A stretch of DNA of 63,577 nt, counting the filler, from Pelomyxa schiedti (Eukaryota > Protista > Evosea), in assembly GCA_020536535.1 (NCBI GenBank). It is 3 parts of 3 records of this genome, joined end to end, with 100 filler letters (N's around TTAATTAATTAA, not from the genome) between each part and the next. Parts side by side here need not be neighbours in the genome. Positions count along the whole stretch, not along the records: positions 32,025 to 49,797 come from JAHLWZ010001126.1; positions 49,898 to 63,577 come from JAHLWZ010001187.1; 1 more part is not named here. One strand, written 5' to 3'. Under the pieces are notes generated by a model that did not search any database, was not told the origin of the DNA, and was given only the letters and a program-made list of their open reading frames with translations. The position numbers and the translations under genes were made by a program. Shown here piece by piece: positions 48,918 to 62,785 of the stretch. Each line of letters starts with the position of its first letter. The first letter of the stretch is position 1.

Positions 48918-49051
48918 TAAATGTTCTTGGAAAGAGCAGAATTCGATCAACTACACCACAATCATGGACCAAGGTTTTGTAGACGTTAACGCAACCTTAT
49001 CATTACATTGACATGGGAATGTGTGGAATGGAATTTGCTGGGGTGCCAGCC

Positions 49052-49496
49052 CTACGTGGCGCTGCTTGGCTCCTTTCTTATCTGGAACTCCCAGTCGGTG
49101 TTGTCCAAAGGACATTTCTGTTGAGGGGAAAAAAAAGGGTGAGGGGCACCTTTGGGTGAAGCAGGTACTCAACCTGTCTGGTTTTCAACCAGCGTGATAT
49201 GCAATGAAAGTGGAACGCATGGTTGCAAACCCCCCAGGCAACGGAGCACTCATCCTTGGAGTCACTTGCTTGGCATTCAATACACAAGTCCTAAATAATC
49301 GGAAAAGAAAGTGCAATAAACAACAAGACATTGCAGGGAGCCAGATAAATCCTCCGCAGAAACATACATTGAGTACGTTTCTACAAATGCTGCACTGAGG
49401 CGGACCACCACCCCACGTCCACGCTGCAACGGCCTCAAACCTTCTCACTTCCACCCTTTCGCCTCCCTGGTGCTTCCCAACCGCGTTGCTGTCCAT
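49052..49496 (-). CDS. RBX1: RING-box protein RBX1/ROC1-like, 3 exons
   Basis: [57 protein letters not shown]. Confidence 0.9.
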
Positions 49497-49797
49497 TATT
49501 TTCCGAAAGAAAGGTAACCGTTCTTTCGGCGAATCACGGGGCACCAAGGTCCCCTTGTTCGCTGGGAATCTTAATGGACCATTAGCGCCACTGGTGGTCC
49601 ACCATTCTCGCTTCCCATTCCCTCCGATTACTTCCCCTCATGTACCTCCGAGGACAGTCACTGTGAAAAAAAGAAACATTGGGACTGCCCAAGTGTGCAC
49701 ACTTTTTATCGGGTTTATTAGTTTTCTCAGTCCAGAGACGAGGAACTGAGACGGAAAAAAAAGGCGTTTTCTACAAGACCATCGGCCACGGGGTGCA

Positions 49798-49897
49798 NNN
49801 NNNNNNNNNNNNNNNNNNNNNNNNNNNNNNNNNNNNNNNNNTTAATTAATTAANNNNNNNNNNNNNNNNNNNNNNNNNNNNNNNNNNNNNNNNNNNN
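49798..49897. other. Artificial contig linker (N-TTAATTAATTAA-N)
   Basis: Same all-frame stop linker as at 31925-32024. Confidence 0.9.
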
Positions 49898-50334
49898 ACC
49901 CACTATTCCTGCATTTTCAAAGGTACCAGCTGATATGATTTCCTGTGTTGAAAGAGCTGTAACAAGCATCTTCCGAGTAGCGCACAGCGTCACAAACAAG
50001 TTTGTTTGCGGCCATCTAATGAATTAACCACTAGCACAACCATAATAACTTCTTCCAGGACGCAAGGAGCTGACGAACTGTTGCCGTTGTTTATACACGT
50101 CTTGTTCCAAACTGATATTCCATGTGTCTTCGAAGCACTTTATTTCATGGGTTCGCTGTCTGCACCAAGTGAGCGGATAGAACGATTTGGTTGGTGCATG
50201 GCAACCTTTGAAGGTACTTTATATTCCCACCTCCGCCGTTTTTTCTTCTTTCTATCTCTCTGTATTATTCCTAACATATCACTTTCACTACAGCTGCCGT
50301 TTTGGCGATAAATAGCACACCATCAGATTCCTAG
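49898..50334 (+). CDS. VPS9-domain (Rab5 GEF) protein, 3' fragment
   Basis: PADMISCV, GADELLPLFIHVL, GWCMATFEAAV. Confidence 0.8.
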
Positions 50335-50522
50335 AGCCATTCATATTCCATGGATTTGTTGTTTAAGCGAACACTACTAGATACAGCGGCGTGACGATTC
50401 AAATTGTTCACCTCATTATCAAGGTGTTAACAGTACCATCATCACCCATTACCCAAAAAGAAAAGATAATAATAGAAGCCGGGTTAGGGTCTGATTCCAT
50501 TCTATCAAATTTTTTTTGCCAA

Positions 50523-53500
50523 TCAGGTTTTTGTGCCTAGAATTTGAAGAAGCCGCGTCAAAGAGTGGCAGCACAATGAGGTGATGTCTGGTGAGTTTTT
50601 GGGTTGGGTGCATAGTAAACCTTGGCTAAGCACACGGGGTTTGTCAAGCATTTGAGAATGAAGAGTGAGAAGGGGCTTTGTAATGCTGGAATCTCGTAGG
50701 TTCTAGCTTGGATTAGTAGAACTCTACAGCCGTGAAGGATTCCTAACCCGCTTTAATTTCGGAGAGTGCTTAAGAAGCAGGCACAGAGAACTTGAGGCTG
50801 ATAAGAGTATGTCGGGGTATTTATCTTTGTGCCTGAGGATGATGTTGGCCAGAAATGAGCTCAACTGAGCACAGCGAGATGCAAGTCCAACACATTCTGC
50901 GTCACAGCACATGTTCTCGATGACTTTCAAACACTTCCTGTTGTTTTGGAGATGAACAGTGGTACAATATGAATCAAGAGAAACTGACCTGGTGATCTCA
51001 ATGTGCGGTAAGGATCGGTTGCAATTAGAAGCAATAGTTAACACTTGTGAAATGCCGTTTCGGAGTCCAAGTTCAGAACGGAGGCGATAGGAATGACTGG
51101 TGGCAATTTCTTGCACAACCTTATTTGGAAAACCCATATGAAGTAAGAGTACCTAAATCCGTGAGAACTCGCAATACTTTGATCAGCGGCGTGCCGGCAT
51201 GAATGTTAGACACCCTACTCAGGATACCCTGTCACGAGTCAATGGTATGGAAAGATTAAGAAAGCTACGAAATCATCTGTCGAAGTTGCAGTTGTCTTAC
51301 ATCTTCCTGTTAAACGTGATTTTATTATCTCAACGTGGATCAAAGTACCTGACTCTTTCTCACCATAACAACATTCGTATTCCATGGCAGAAAGTCTCGA
51401 AGCACACAAGGACTGAAGTAATATGATGCCCTCAGATTTTGTTCTTTCAAAATTCGTTCTCCGTAGAATTCCTTGTGTCACACAAGCTGAAATGCGGATT
51501 TGTCTTGCTGTGGAACACTCCAAGGCTCCACGAAATAAGGCTTGTGTTGCCTTCACTTGAGTTTCTAGTGTTGCATATCCGGATCTCTCGGAAATGAATC
51601 TTTTTATTGTTTGTCAGAGTGTTACTCTGAATGTATTCCTGACAACCTTACAACTCCTTGTAATCCTTCAGAAAGAAATGAAAAACGGTGCAACAGTAAA
51701 TATTCAAGTTTCCCCACAATTATTCCTTGCAAAATACACGTAGCGTGTTGTAGCTCAAAATAAGACTTATTTTGCAGTGTGCCTTGAATAATTCCTTGCT
51801 CGGATTGAGTGTTCTGTTTACAAGTTTTCCAAAACGAGTTTTCCAAACAACCGCGCCATAATCCTTGCAAAATCTGCGAAATCTTGCGATAAAAGTTGAA
51901 AATGAAGCACCAGCATCTAAGGGGAGTGAGGGAAGATATGAGGGCAATAATTTTTCCGACCTTGTACTAATAATTGCGTGTGTGATCTGAGAAGCACTCA
52001 CAGAATTGCAAAAGATCCTTCGGTTACAAACAGAAAGTGATATGCCTGTCACATCGGCAATTGCAGAAATGAGGGAGCTCCACTCGGAAAGATGTAGCAC
52101 TTCTACAGTATACGCTTGGACTTGCCGGATTGAGGTGCCAAGTGCGTCCACCCATCTCCTAGTTTGTTTGCCTCGCCACCGAGATTGCAGTTTCACTGAG
52201 GCACGCGCTAGTCTTAGAAGAGACTGCATAGAAAGATGCGTCCTCCATTACAGTAAGACATGGAAGTCTAAGCCAAGAGGACAGACCTTGCCAGTGCTTG
52301 TGTATGAATTACGGATGCTTTGAAGGACAGATAGGATATTCTGAGATTTTTTGTTGCAATCAGTGATTGCACTGTCTGCAACTGAAAAAACTTCTCTTCT
52401 TTGCATGCCTGGTTGTACCCTTCTTGTATTTGCTGCTATTGTGTAAAAACCAAATAGAGTAAATGCCTTGTTTGGGTACTGGTATATCGAAAGGCTCCAA
52501 TAGTCTTGCACAAAGGCATGCAACGAGCAGGGTTATCACTTTAGCATCTGGTATTTCTTTCATCGATTGTATATCAACTATGTCGGTAAAAGGTGAGATT
52601 AGTGCACAGTGTACATATTTAATATGAAACCTAGGTCTGGGATCCCAAGGAAACCAAGACTGCTCCGCATAAGCTGGTAATTCGAGACTCTTGCCTTCCA
52701 TAAAATACTGTCGTTAATTACTTGATTACAGGAGCCCTCTTCAGTCCAAGAAAGTTTCCGGTTTGTTCTCTGAGAGATGTGGTGAACCTATTATTACTCA
52801 TGCACATACATGAGGAGGTACCATTGTATTTTTTTCGAGGTTGAAAAGGTGCTCCATTACAATATTTCCCACAGGAACTTCGGTTGGGAGATAGAAACTA
52901 AGAACCAGGCATAGGACAACACCATCAGCAAAGTCCACAGAGAAGTTTCTCACGGCAATGGAGTTGTGGGCTACAATCACCCTGCACCACTGTACAAATG
53001 AACTTCACGGTAATGGATAGCACAGAAAGTACTTTAAGTAAAGACAGTACAGGCAGTGAACAACCCCGAGATTCTGGGTCCAGAGGCAGAACCTAAATCA
53101 CTGTTACGGGAAAAAATAAGTAGAGTAGGGTTGACTGTTGTAGTTTGTTCCAGTCTTTTTGTCTCCAACTTGGTTTGAATTAATGACATTGTTTTGGTAA
53201 ATTCACAATAGACCTCCAATTTATCCAAGGGAGTAATGCGTGGGAGAAACCATAACAAGGCAATATCCCAGAGGAGAAGAAGTGTTTTCTCTCTTGATGA
53301 AAATTAAACTCAATAGGTCAGGGGATAAGAAACAAACCCATTGCCCTCTGCAATTGCACCACAATAATCTGTATAGTCAATGTGCAGAAACTTAGAGAAG
53401 TAGGCAAGAGCCAGACGAATGTTGTGGTACTGTTGTACTGTACTCGTTAAAGGAAGTTTCACTTGCTATTTGAGTTAATGTTTCTAGCTGACTCAAAATT

Positions 53501-55650
53501 GAGGACGTTACTGGTAGAAGTGGGGTCCCCATGCCTTGTGTTTCCATCAAAATGTCAGCTAGGCGGCATAACTTGACACCATCCCTTAGGTCACGTGTAA
53601 TGTCACAAATCTTGAAGATGTATTCATGTAATGGTGTTTGTTCAAAGGAGACACAGAACTCCCAGCTTTCCAAACGCTTGACAAGATCTCCCATTCCTCC
53701 CAGTATTACTTGAAATTCATGAAGAAGGTTGCGTGTTGTCTTTATTTTAGACAACTGTAAAATGTGAGTGAGGGAAGATTGAGAATGTGTAGTATTACTC
53801 TGTTATAAAGGCAGGGCTCCTCCAGAGTTGAAAGGTTTCTCGATGTGTCCAGGAACCAAACTAAAACCAAAAATCTTCAAAATGTCAGGCTGGAACCACT
53901 TCCAAAAGGGGAGTAAACCTGTGCAAAATTGTATCATTCATTTGTCTCTGTTGGAAACATAATTAAGGAATATTATTGTAATTTTTTTTGAAGTACCTTG
54001 GCTCTTTCCAATTTGCTTCTTCCCCTTGTTTTCAAGTCAGAAAAGAAGTACTGCACTCAGGAATTAGATGTTTGGTAAGGTACGAGAATTCCTAACCTCC
54101 CTGAGAAAAGTATCCAGAGATCGATTAATCTCCATAGCGAAAAGTACTTGCAGTCCATATTTCAGCCACACCTCATTAAAGTTGAGCAATAAGCTGATAA
54201 GAAACTGTTGAGAGACAGACAGATTACTCAATTTAGTAGAATGAAGATAGAATAGGGATGCAACTTCTCTGTAACAGATATTCAGTTCTAGATCTATATC
54301 AGCCCTTATCTGAAGAGCTTCACTGAGGATAACCTACAGCTTTTTCACGTGGGAGTAAGAAAAGAAAATAACACACTTCTTCCAATTTTCGAATCATAGC
54401 TTCGTTTTCTTGGATTAACATTGTTCCTTTTTGTAAGTCATCCCACTTGATACAAGGTTTGCCTATGGTACTTCCGAAAACGTCGTTTAACCATGTTTGA
54501 AGGCAGTGAGCCTGTATGTATTATATAAGACGATGTCTATGTTCCAGGATAATGGAAAACCTCATGGCGGGGCCACTTCTGCTCGGATAGTGAAAGGGGA
54601 CACATTGATTGAAGGGAAGGTGTATAGCAAGTGCGAAATGGGGTACAAGAAAGGGGTGTAACAATGGAAGTGCTTCGGGGGTGCTGGGGTGTGGATAAGA
54701 CTATACCTGGCAAGGGGCCACAAGGGGTTAGTGACACCCTTGGGCGCTTGGGTGGAGATGGTGAAGCAATCAAGTTGGCTAGACTGTCACCAGGTATTTG
54801 GTTCTCATCTGATATAGAAGGAGGACAGTGCGCAGCAGCTGAATTTGAAGGACGGCGCGTAGTAGATAAGCATAACCGTGGTGGTTTATGTGACTGTGGG
54901 GTAGCAAAAATTTTGTTTGAGGAAACTGCACTGACAGTAGCTGACAGCACATCTTTGTTGTCTGCTATGTAGCTGCTTTTTGCGTGTGGTGCTGACAGAA
55001 TCTCACTCAATCTCTTACAAGTGGGTAAGGTATATATTGATAAACAGCAAGAATACCTTTCTCGATGGTGGGTCAATGCACTTACCAGCGAGCTTCAACT
55101 TAGAAATAGAATTTTGGACTCCCCACACAATTTGGAAAGATAGTGAGAGCACTCCCAACAGCTTGGTTTGGTTTTAGTGTTTGGGTGGATAAAGAGAGAT
55201 ACCTTCGGTTCCCACCTGAATTGAACAGTGTGGGCCAAATGTGGGAGAACGCAAAAGTTCAAAGCCCCAACAACAGTGATACCCTTCTCAACAAAGCAAA
55301 TGTCAAAACGATAAAAACGTGACAGTTGTCAACATTTTGCACAAGATTGGGTAGAGTGACGTCCACTGATTCCGATGTGACATTAACAAAAGTAATTCTC
55401 AAAGGATCAGACTTGTCGCCAACGAAAACTGTGCCAAGGTCCTCGTTGATAACGGCGGTCTCCTGGATGTCTCCATTGTAAACGTTCAAACGGTGCACCT
55501 TCACGAATGAGCGTCACGGAAAGGCCCATTACGGAGAATCCAAACCTTTGTTCTCTGCTTAGTAGCAGATTTTTGTGTGATCCTTGCTCTCTGAGATGCT
55601 GCCAAACATCGGGACAAATCTTGTGAGACCACACACGTATCCTTTTCCAT
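50523..55650 (-). CDS. ASPM/abnormal spindle-like protein (ASH-like region, CH domains, IQ motifs, Armadillo-like C-terminus)
   Basis: FEQTPLHEY..DITRDLRDGVKLCRLADIL, REKTLLLLW, NFSVDFADGVVLC, IPDAKVITL, IQ motifs LQSRWRG and QALFRG, CNRSLPHIEI. Confidence 0.85.
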
Positions 55651-55939
55651 GCAGACCCTTGCTCACTCAGATCTTTGTTTTATTTTATTGGTTTTTCTCT
55701 TTGTTGCCTCGTTGCAACGAGCAGGGAAGTAGTGCCATGATTACTTGGTTTTTTTTTTTTGTTTTTTTTTATTGCTTTAAAACCACAGAGGCTCCTCTGT
55801 GATTGTCCTTTGGTTGCAAGTTGCACTTGGAGTTGTGTTTGACCGAAAATGGTGATGAATTGTCTGATGTTGAGTCTAGGGAATTGTGTAGTTGCTATTT
55901 GAATTGAAGGTGGTGTTTTGGCCTTTTGGTTTCGTTTTG

Positions 55940-57196
55940 CTAGAGTTGTCCGCACTCGATGATCTTGCACTCAATTTTAGGCTTGGAATTTTGTCCAACA
56001 GACACGTTTTCAATCATGCGGACCACCTTCATTCCATCAATAACGTGGCCAAATACAACCTACCTCAAAAGTTAAGCGGATTTGGGAAGCAGATAAGTAC
56101 TTACGTGATGACCGTCAAGCCACTCAGCAGTTGCACAAGCTTTAGCAGAGTTGGTGCGGTATTATGATTAAATTATAATAGTAAAAAAAACTTTTGAATG
56201 AGAGGGAAAAACTCACTGATGAAAAACTGACATCCATTTGTGTTGGGTCCGGAGTTCGCCTAACATAGTATTACATGTGAAATTTCAGAAATGAGAGATA
56301 AGGCACCATTGACAGCAATCCTGGGGCGGTGTGCTTCCGGCGGAAGTTTTCGTCATCAAAGTGGTCACCATAAATGGACACTCTGCCTGTGCCATTGCTC
56401 TGTGGATACAAATGTCACTAACACAGTGAAGGTAAAGGGGTCTAAGAAACCTTAACAAAATCACCACCTTGTATCATGAAATCTTTTTTTTTTTATGGAA
56501 TAAGCTCTAATTTCAAGTGTTGTATGGCAAACTAACCTTTAATGACACGGTGGAATATGGACCCTTTGTATCCAATTGGAACATTGTTCCTTCTTATTAC
56601 CAAATTAAGAATTGGAGTAAATACTCACAAAGCACTAACCTCACTTGTCCTATGCAAAACTGCCTTGGGAGAGAAGCAAAGCAATTTAAGAAAAAAAAGG
56701 AGATAGGGGAAAAAATTCAAGTAAGGAATTAGACCCATAAGTGGTTATGAGTGGTTGATATTTACACCGCTGAGGGAAGAATAAACCAAAACCTGAAGTT
56801 CTCGGCCGTCCTCGGCACGACGTCGGCGAACAGCTCCATCTTGATCCTCCCAATTGGGTGGTTCCCCATTGCCACGTCGAAAAACACCACGGGGTTGTTC
56901 CCATCACTGAGGGGGTCAAATACTCCCCCAGGCACCACCGACGACGTCGCCGTGCTCGTGGCCGCGCTCGTGGGCGTCGGGGTCGATGTCGATGTCGAGG
57001 GCGGCGGGGAGGCAGCAGTTGCCGGTTGTGATTGTGCTGAGGGGGTTGTTGCTGTTGTTGACGTGGAAGACGGGGTTGGTGTAGTCGAGGTGGTGGAGGA
57101 CGATGATGGGTCCGAGGCTGGTGTTGCTGTGCCTGTGGTTGCATTGGTGGCGGCGGACACCGGCGTCTCCTTTGGTTCGGTCTCACGGCTCGCCAT
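55940..57196 (-). CDS. PPIH: Cyclophilin, PPIH/cyclophilin H-like, with S/T/P-rich N-extension
   Basis: [81 protein letters not shown]. Confidence 0.88.
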
Positions 57197-57545
57197 TTTC
57201 GTTGGGCTTGGTTTCAATTTGATGTTGAGTCGTAGTAGGAACGGACGATAGGGGACCGTTTCTGAGTGTCGTGGTCAAGCTGGGCCTGAGAAGTGAGTCT
57301 GGTGAAATTCCAAAAGGGACAGTGGGAAGAGGAACTGTTTTTAGTGATGACGTAAAACAAAAAAAAAAGAACAAAAAGTGCTGGTAATTTTCTGGTGAAG
57401 ACAAGCAGGTACGTCTTGTTATAATAAACACGCGATTTTAGCGAAGTCGAGCACGGCGCTTACACCTACATTGCGAATTTCCATTTCGGCAGAACTCTCA
57501 GTCGTCAACCGAACCCTATTCACGCGTAAGTGTCTCCAAAACGGG

Positions 57546-60500
57546 ATGGAAGAAGGCATGGAGAGTGCACACCACTTGTTAGAATTGTCGGGGAGTTCCG
57601 CGGCAGCAACTACAGATAGCAGCGGGATTCCCGGTGATGTGAGAGCAGTAGGAAGGGGTTCTCCAGTTCCAACCACAAACGCTTCTCAAATACAGCAAAT
57701 ATCAACCCAGGAGCATCAGAAACAAAACTCTTCCTTTCCCATTGCCTCTGCAGCAGCGTCATCCAGGCCGTCGAGGGCCAGGCCCAAGGGAGGGCCCCGT
57801 GCAAAACGGACCAGGCACAGCTCGATAAGCACTGACTATTCACAGCAATTCCTTTACAATCCGGATCCTCATCCCTGCCCTAATACAGCAGTCCCATCTA
57901 CTGGAGGGCCTATCAGCTACTTGAACCCCAAAGACCAATTAGGGGCTCCCAATCGTGATGAACACAATGAAGCAAAGTCTCCTCAACCGGATTTCGCATC
58001 ATTGCTTCAGTTGCTGCAGAGAAGCCAACAAGAAAATGCTGCAACTTACAGTGCCTCACAATACTTGCCTCAGTTATTTCAGTCCCCAATGCCTCAATCT
58101 CAGCAGCAGCCCACTGTTACTTCTCATTCAAATCTTGACACGGCAGCTTCCATGGCCCTTCAATTGCAAAATCTCCTACAAGCACAGACTATGGTAGACC
58201 CAATGTACGTCTCATCACATGCTACTCCCACTTATATAGTGCAGTCCTTATGTTCCTCCATCTGGCGTCACACATAACTATGCAGAGACTATTGAGCAAA
58301 CTCCGGTAGTTCCACGTTGTTTCGTCTTAAGTCCAATGCCATTCTTCAGCTCCCATCTCCAAGTGGTCCTGTTCCCCAATCTCCTCAGGTCGATGCAGCC
58401 ACTCCATCGCAGGATGTGAGGCCCTCAATTCCATGCTTGGTACAAATACCTTATGAGATAACTTCATGACACTGACATTACTCTTCCTCTACAAATAAAG
58501 CCTCAGATAGTACTGCCCTTTCCAACTGGAGATCCTCTCGCAGCCCTTAAAAAGCAGGATCATCCTCAGAATCGATATGAACAGCATCAAATCCAACAAG
58601 TTTATCTCAGTTCAGATTCTTAAGAGTTTAAAGAGGCACAGATCATACAGGGAATTTCAGCACGCATCAAGTTATTTTGTATTTTCTTGGAGCAGCTCAA
58701 GCAGTCCCACCACTTGCTGCAGCACATCCCAATCACAGAGTTTGCAGTGGTCAGTGTGGTGACAGTGAGAATTCCACTGTGATTTACGATAAACAAGGGT
58801 ATTGACCAACTTGGTATACATCAGCAGCAGCTCTATGATTCGATGGCTTCTGAACAAGAAACACTGAACCGGCTTTCAGATGAATATATACTTTCTCCTC
58901 AAGATATCTACGCACAAAGGAAGTTAGATGTGGTGAGATGAAATCCCCGGTCTTAACAATGTCACCTGACTTTTACCTCCACAGCAACTGCAAATGAACA
59001 TCAAACAGCTTGAATTATATCAATTGGAATTGTTACACACTGTGCGGCCAGAGATCCACCCATGGTATACCTTTCCAGAGATTCCCTTCTAAGTACATAT
59101 GCATTTCTAACATTCGTGCAGCCCAGCAGCACTTTTTCTTACAGATCATCCATTCCCTCGTGCCATTGTCAAGGGCCAGACGATTCCTGTCGCCGCCCGG
59201 CTTTTACAATCGGCTGAAGCTGAAATACAGTAGTGCTCCACAGGGTTTTTTTAAATTAAGATTCATCTCCAGTTCAGTTGGGACTGTTACAGCAAGTATT
59301 GTCCAGCATCATCAGTCCACAAAAAAGAATGTCAAATACACTGTATTTCTCGAGAGTTCATCAGAAAAGCTTGACAGTGAAGGGAATGTATGTGATTACC
59401 ATTCCCTTGGGAGCATCACCCCACTTCATCTCTAGGTTCGTAGTAATGTAAGATTCTTGGTGGGTACAAATAAGAAACCTGTTACTCTACGGCTGCATGT
59501 TAGTATCAAACATGTCCCTCACTTGCGTTGTCTTACATTGTCTCCTGTGGAGGTACATTTTTCTTATTGAAAATATTGTGTTCCTGCTTAAACCTATAAA
59601 ACAGATCTCTGAGGAAGTGGAAACACACATAATTGAAAGTAACCAGTCACGGCCGTTCATTATTACAACAAATTCCATTCAATGGAGAGATTCAGAGGGC
59701 ATATTGTTCAAGATGGACACATTTGGTGATATGATTGAAGTTTCGTGGGAACGATTTGCCAATATATTTCAAGCTTACTACTTGGTACCAATGTCACCTT
59801 GAAGATAAAGCGAGCTGTAACTGTAAATGCAGGCAGCAACAAGGCAGAACCTGGAATTCCCTATTCGACCCATCACTTTGAAGGACTTTGCATATCTAAG
59901 TTACGTCAAGTTTGGAGGGTTACGAATGATTTCCATTGCGGCTTTTGATCGTTTCTGGGAGTGGTTTGGGCCTGCAATAGAAAAAATTAGACATCAGAAG
60001 TGCCTGGCGCCAATGTGGGCCAAGGGCCTCATGTTGGGGTTTGCAAGTAAGAATGACTGCGAAAATGTGCTTCTTGGGTATCCAGAAGGAACTTGCGTGA
60101 TCAAATTTAGTGAGCAATACCCTGGGAGATTTGCTATTGCATATATGTATAAGGTATTGACCCCCAAAGAAGTCTTTCTTTCAACATACTGTAACTAAAT
60201 ACCAAAGGGGCAAGTACACCATTCTCTCCTCAAAGATTCTGATGTAGCAGGGAACAAGAAGTCTGTGGTGGAAGCCTTACATGAAGTGGGCAATATACGT
60301 TCGTTTCTTCAAGTGAAAAGTGACTTCCAAGGAAAAGTGCAATACGCGCCAATATCTAAGGTAATCTTCCCAACAGCACATAGGAAAAAACATCAAAACC
60401 AAATCCCGCCAAACAATAGAAACCCCCAACACAACCCATAATACCAAAACAACAAACTCAACAACAACACAAACGCCGCAGCCGCCGCCACCACCACCAA

Positions 60501-60917
60501 CAACAACAACAGGAGGAAGTACTCCAAGAGTTCATCACGGAAAAAGAGGAGCAAGACACGCCGGGATACGAGGATCTGCCCCTGCCCTGGTCCCCATCCT
60601 CGCCACCACTCCCGCTCCCGCTCCAGCTCCCGATCCAGTCGTCGGTCCAAATCCCCACCGCGCTCCCGCCTCCCTCTCCCACAATCCCGTCCCAGCTGCA
60701 GCAACACCCACAATCCACTCTTCCGTTGCCGCTCTCCTCTGATCCCCCTCAGCCTCAGCCGAAACCGCAGCCACAGCTACAACCTCTGTCCCAGTCTCAG
60801 GCATCGAGCACATCGCCCGGCGATCAATTACACCCGGTTCTTGCTTCCTCGAGTTCAACAAACAACGCTCACGTGACGCAGAGACAACACCCAACCCACA
60901 CGATGAACATCACGTGA
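57546..60917 (+). CDS. Dictyostelium-type STAT transcription factor
   Basis: Q-rich N-terminus, IESNQSRPFIITTNSIQW, FDRFWEWFG, MWAKGLMLGFASK, SH2 GTCVIKFSEQYPGRFAIAY, tail PGYEDL. Confidence 0.88.
60421..60512 (+). repeat. CAA/CCA microsatellite-like tract in the last STAT intron
   Basis: Repeated ACA/ACC triplets ending at a CAG acceptor. Confidence 0.6.
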
Positions 60918-61042
60918 GAGTCCTGTATGTCATTGACAATTGGCTCAGAACTTGAAGTGCACACACGACACCGTTACCCCCTTCCTTATTTATTTTATCA
61001 TGATTGATTTAAACGAAGAACTCGTTTCTCTGAAGTGATCGG

Positions 61043-62104
61043 ATGCCACGAAAAAACAAGAGAGCAAGAGGCGGTGCTACGAATGCTGTGGTTGTGACTG
61101 CAAGATCTAATCCTCCCACTGCATGTGCTACAGCCACTACTTCTTCACATGTTGTAGAGGCCACGGCGACCAGTACTAGCCGGTTTTTGCGTGTTCCGAT
61201 ATTGAGGTCTTGTTGTGGTAGTACCGACGCGAATGAACGCTACACGATGCCTCGCATGATCGTTGAGAATAGCAGCAGATCTGGAGGCACCACCAGAATT
61301 ACGAATTTGGACGACGTTGCAAAGGCCTTGGTAATTTGAGCACTTATACAATGGCAATAATATTAATATACCATAATAATAAAATACCATTATTATTATA
61401 ACTAAATAAATAATATAATTAATAAGTATTAACAAATGCAACAAACCCACACTAGCAGTGCTTTAGTTACTGATTGTGCTTTTAGAACAGAAATGCCGAG
61501 GATCTGTGTGCGTATTTTGTGTTCCAACTCAAGACGAGCCGCGCGCAACCAAATACAACAGAAATCCGTGGAACCTTCACGTTGTCAGTTCTGGAAACTC
61601 ACCTTGCAAACTATATCGCTCACTTTGTTGCCTGTTCCGTCTGTGTATGCACCCTTTTCCAGTTTTTCCTTCCTATAACGCAACAAGAATAATCCAGAGA
61701 CTGAACTGATGGTGAATGATACCGGGAAAGTTCACCTGCTGTGCGCTGCCTGCGGCAATAAAAGCCCAGTAGAAGGGCCTCGTAAGATGCTGGATTACAT
61801 TGTAGAAAGGTCCTCTTCTGGATACCAGCTTACTCACAGGAGCTACACATCACACCTTGTGGTTGGTACAGCGGCACCTGAAGTACTAAATGAAATCGAG
61901 AGAGCTGCTGATGAAGCTGACCAGAATAACACAAACAAGCCAAGCAAGAGCACAACAAAAAAGACTGCCAAAAAAGCCAAGAAGCCAAGTTCAGAAGAGG
62001 ATGATGAGGATTGGGCTGTGGATGTATCTCCTGAGGCTGTCGAGGCAAGAAGAAAGCAATTCATGGGTGACATTCCAACCTCTGCGAGTTCGCATTTCTT
62101 CTAG
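61043..62104 (+). CDS. eIF5 N-terminal (eIF2beta/eIF5) domain protein lacking the W2 domain, 3 exons
   Basis: DANERYTMP, TRITNLDDVAKALNR, FVACSVC.NPETEL, CAACG zinc ribbon, DWAVDVSPEAVEARR, then stop. Confidence 0.8.
61345..61435. repeat. AT-rich TAA/ATT low-complexity tract inside the eIF5-like intron
   Basis: Near-pure A/T triplet repeats. Confidence 0.6.
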
Positions 62105-62785
62105 TTACACCCACACCAAACATATGGGCCTAATATTGTACATACCTTTCAGGCACGAAACAAAAGTATTGTTAAGAATTTTGGGTGGCATTGATTTGTT
62201 TTATTCTTTCCAGGGTGGTTTCTTTTCTATCGCCGTTCCGTGAAAAGGAGCCGATACATTCAACTCAATAGCAGTGGAAGTCACGGGCTGAATTGAAAGC
62301 AATGCTGGACAACTTGAAATTGAAGGGTGCAGTTGACCAAAGCTGCGCGAATACCGAATAGCCCAGGATGCCTCATTATTGATTGTTATGTGAAGGGAAT
62401 TTTTTTCCAGCCCTCTTTGACTGTCACTTACATCTTACGTTAACGGGGCACGCAAGGTACAAACACTTGATGTACTCTTTCTGTTTCCCTCCTCCCTTAC
62501 ACATCCTTCATTCTTTACAAAAAAAAAGACCATTCGTTTTGACCAGTGTTTCTGTTGCGTGTCAGTGATAAGAGATATATAATGTCGGTGTGCAAGGTGT
62601 AAGTCACCCAGAGTGCGGCAACTCAGAAAAATTGGATTAAGAGATTAATATTGTGAACGAAATGTCTAGGATCTCTTTCAACAATCATGTTCGCGGCCTC
62701 CAGACAAACTTTGTTTTATATCTTTTAATTGATACTCTCTTGGAAGATTTCAATAAATTTTGCACAAGAAAATCTTTTTTATCAT

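Noticed and set aside
57343-57351. GTGATGA box C-like motif in the PPIH/STAT spacer
   Set aside because: No downstream CTGA box D at a suitable distance.
7538-60917. TRIM, GBP, STAT, ARH and LRR genes as an immunity island
   Set aside because: They are dispersed among housekeeping genes and lie on three artificially joined contigs.
62105-62785. 680-nt unannotated gap between convergent genes
   Set aside because: I found no ORF with recognisable motifs and no ncRNA signature by eye.
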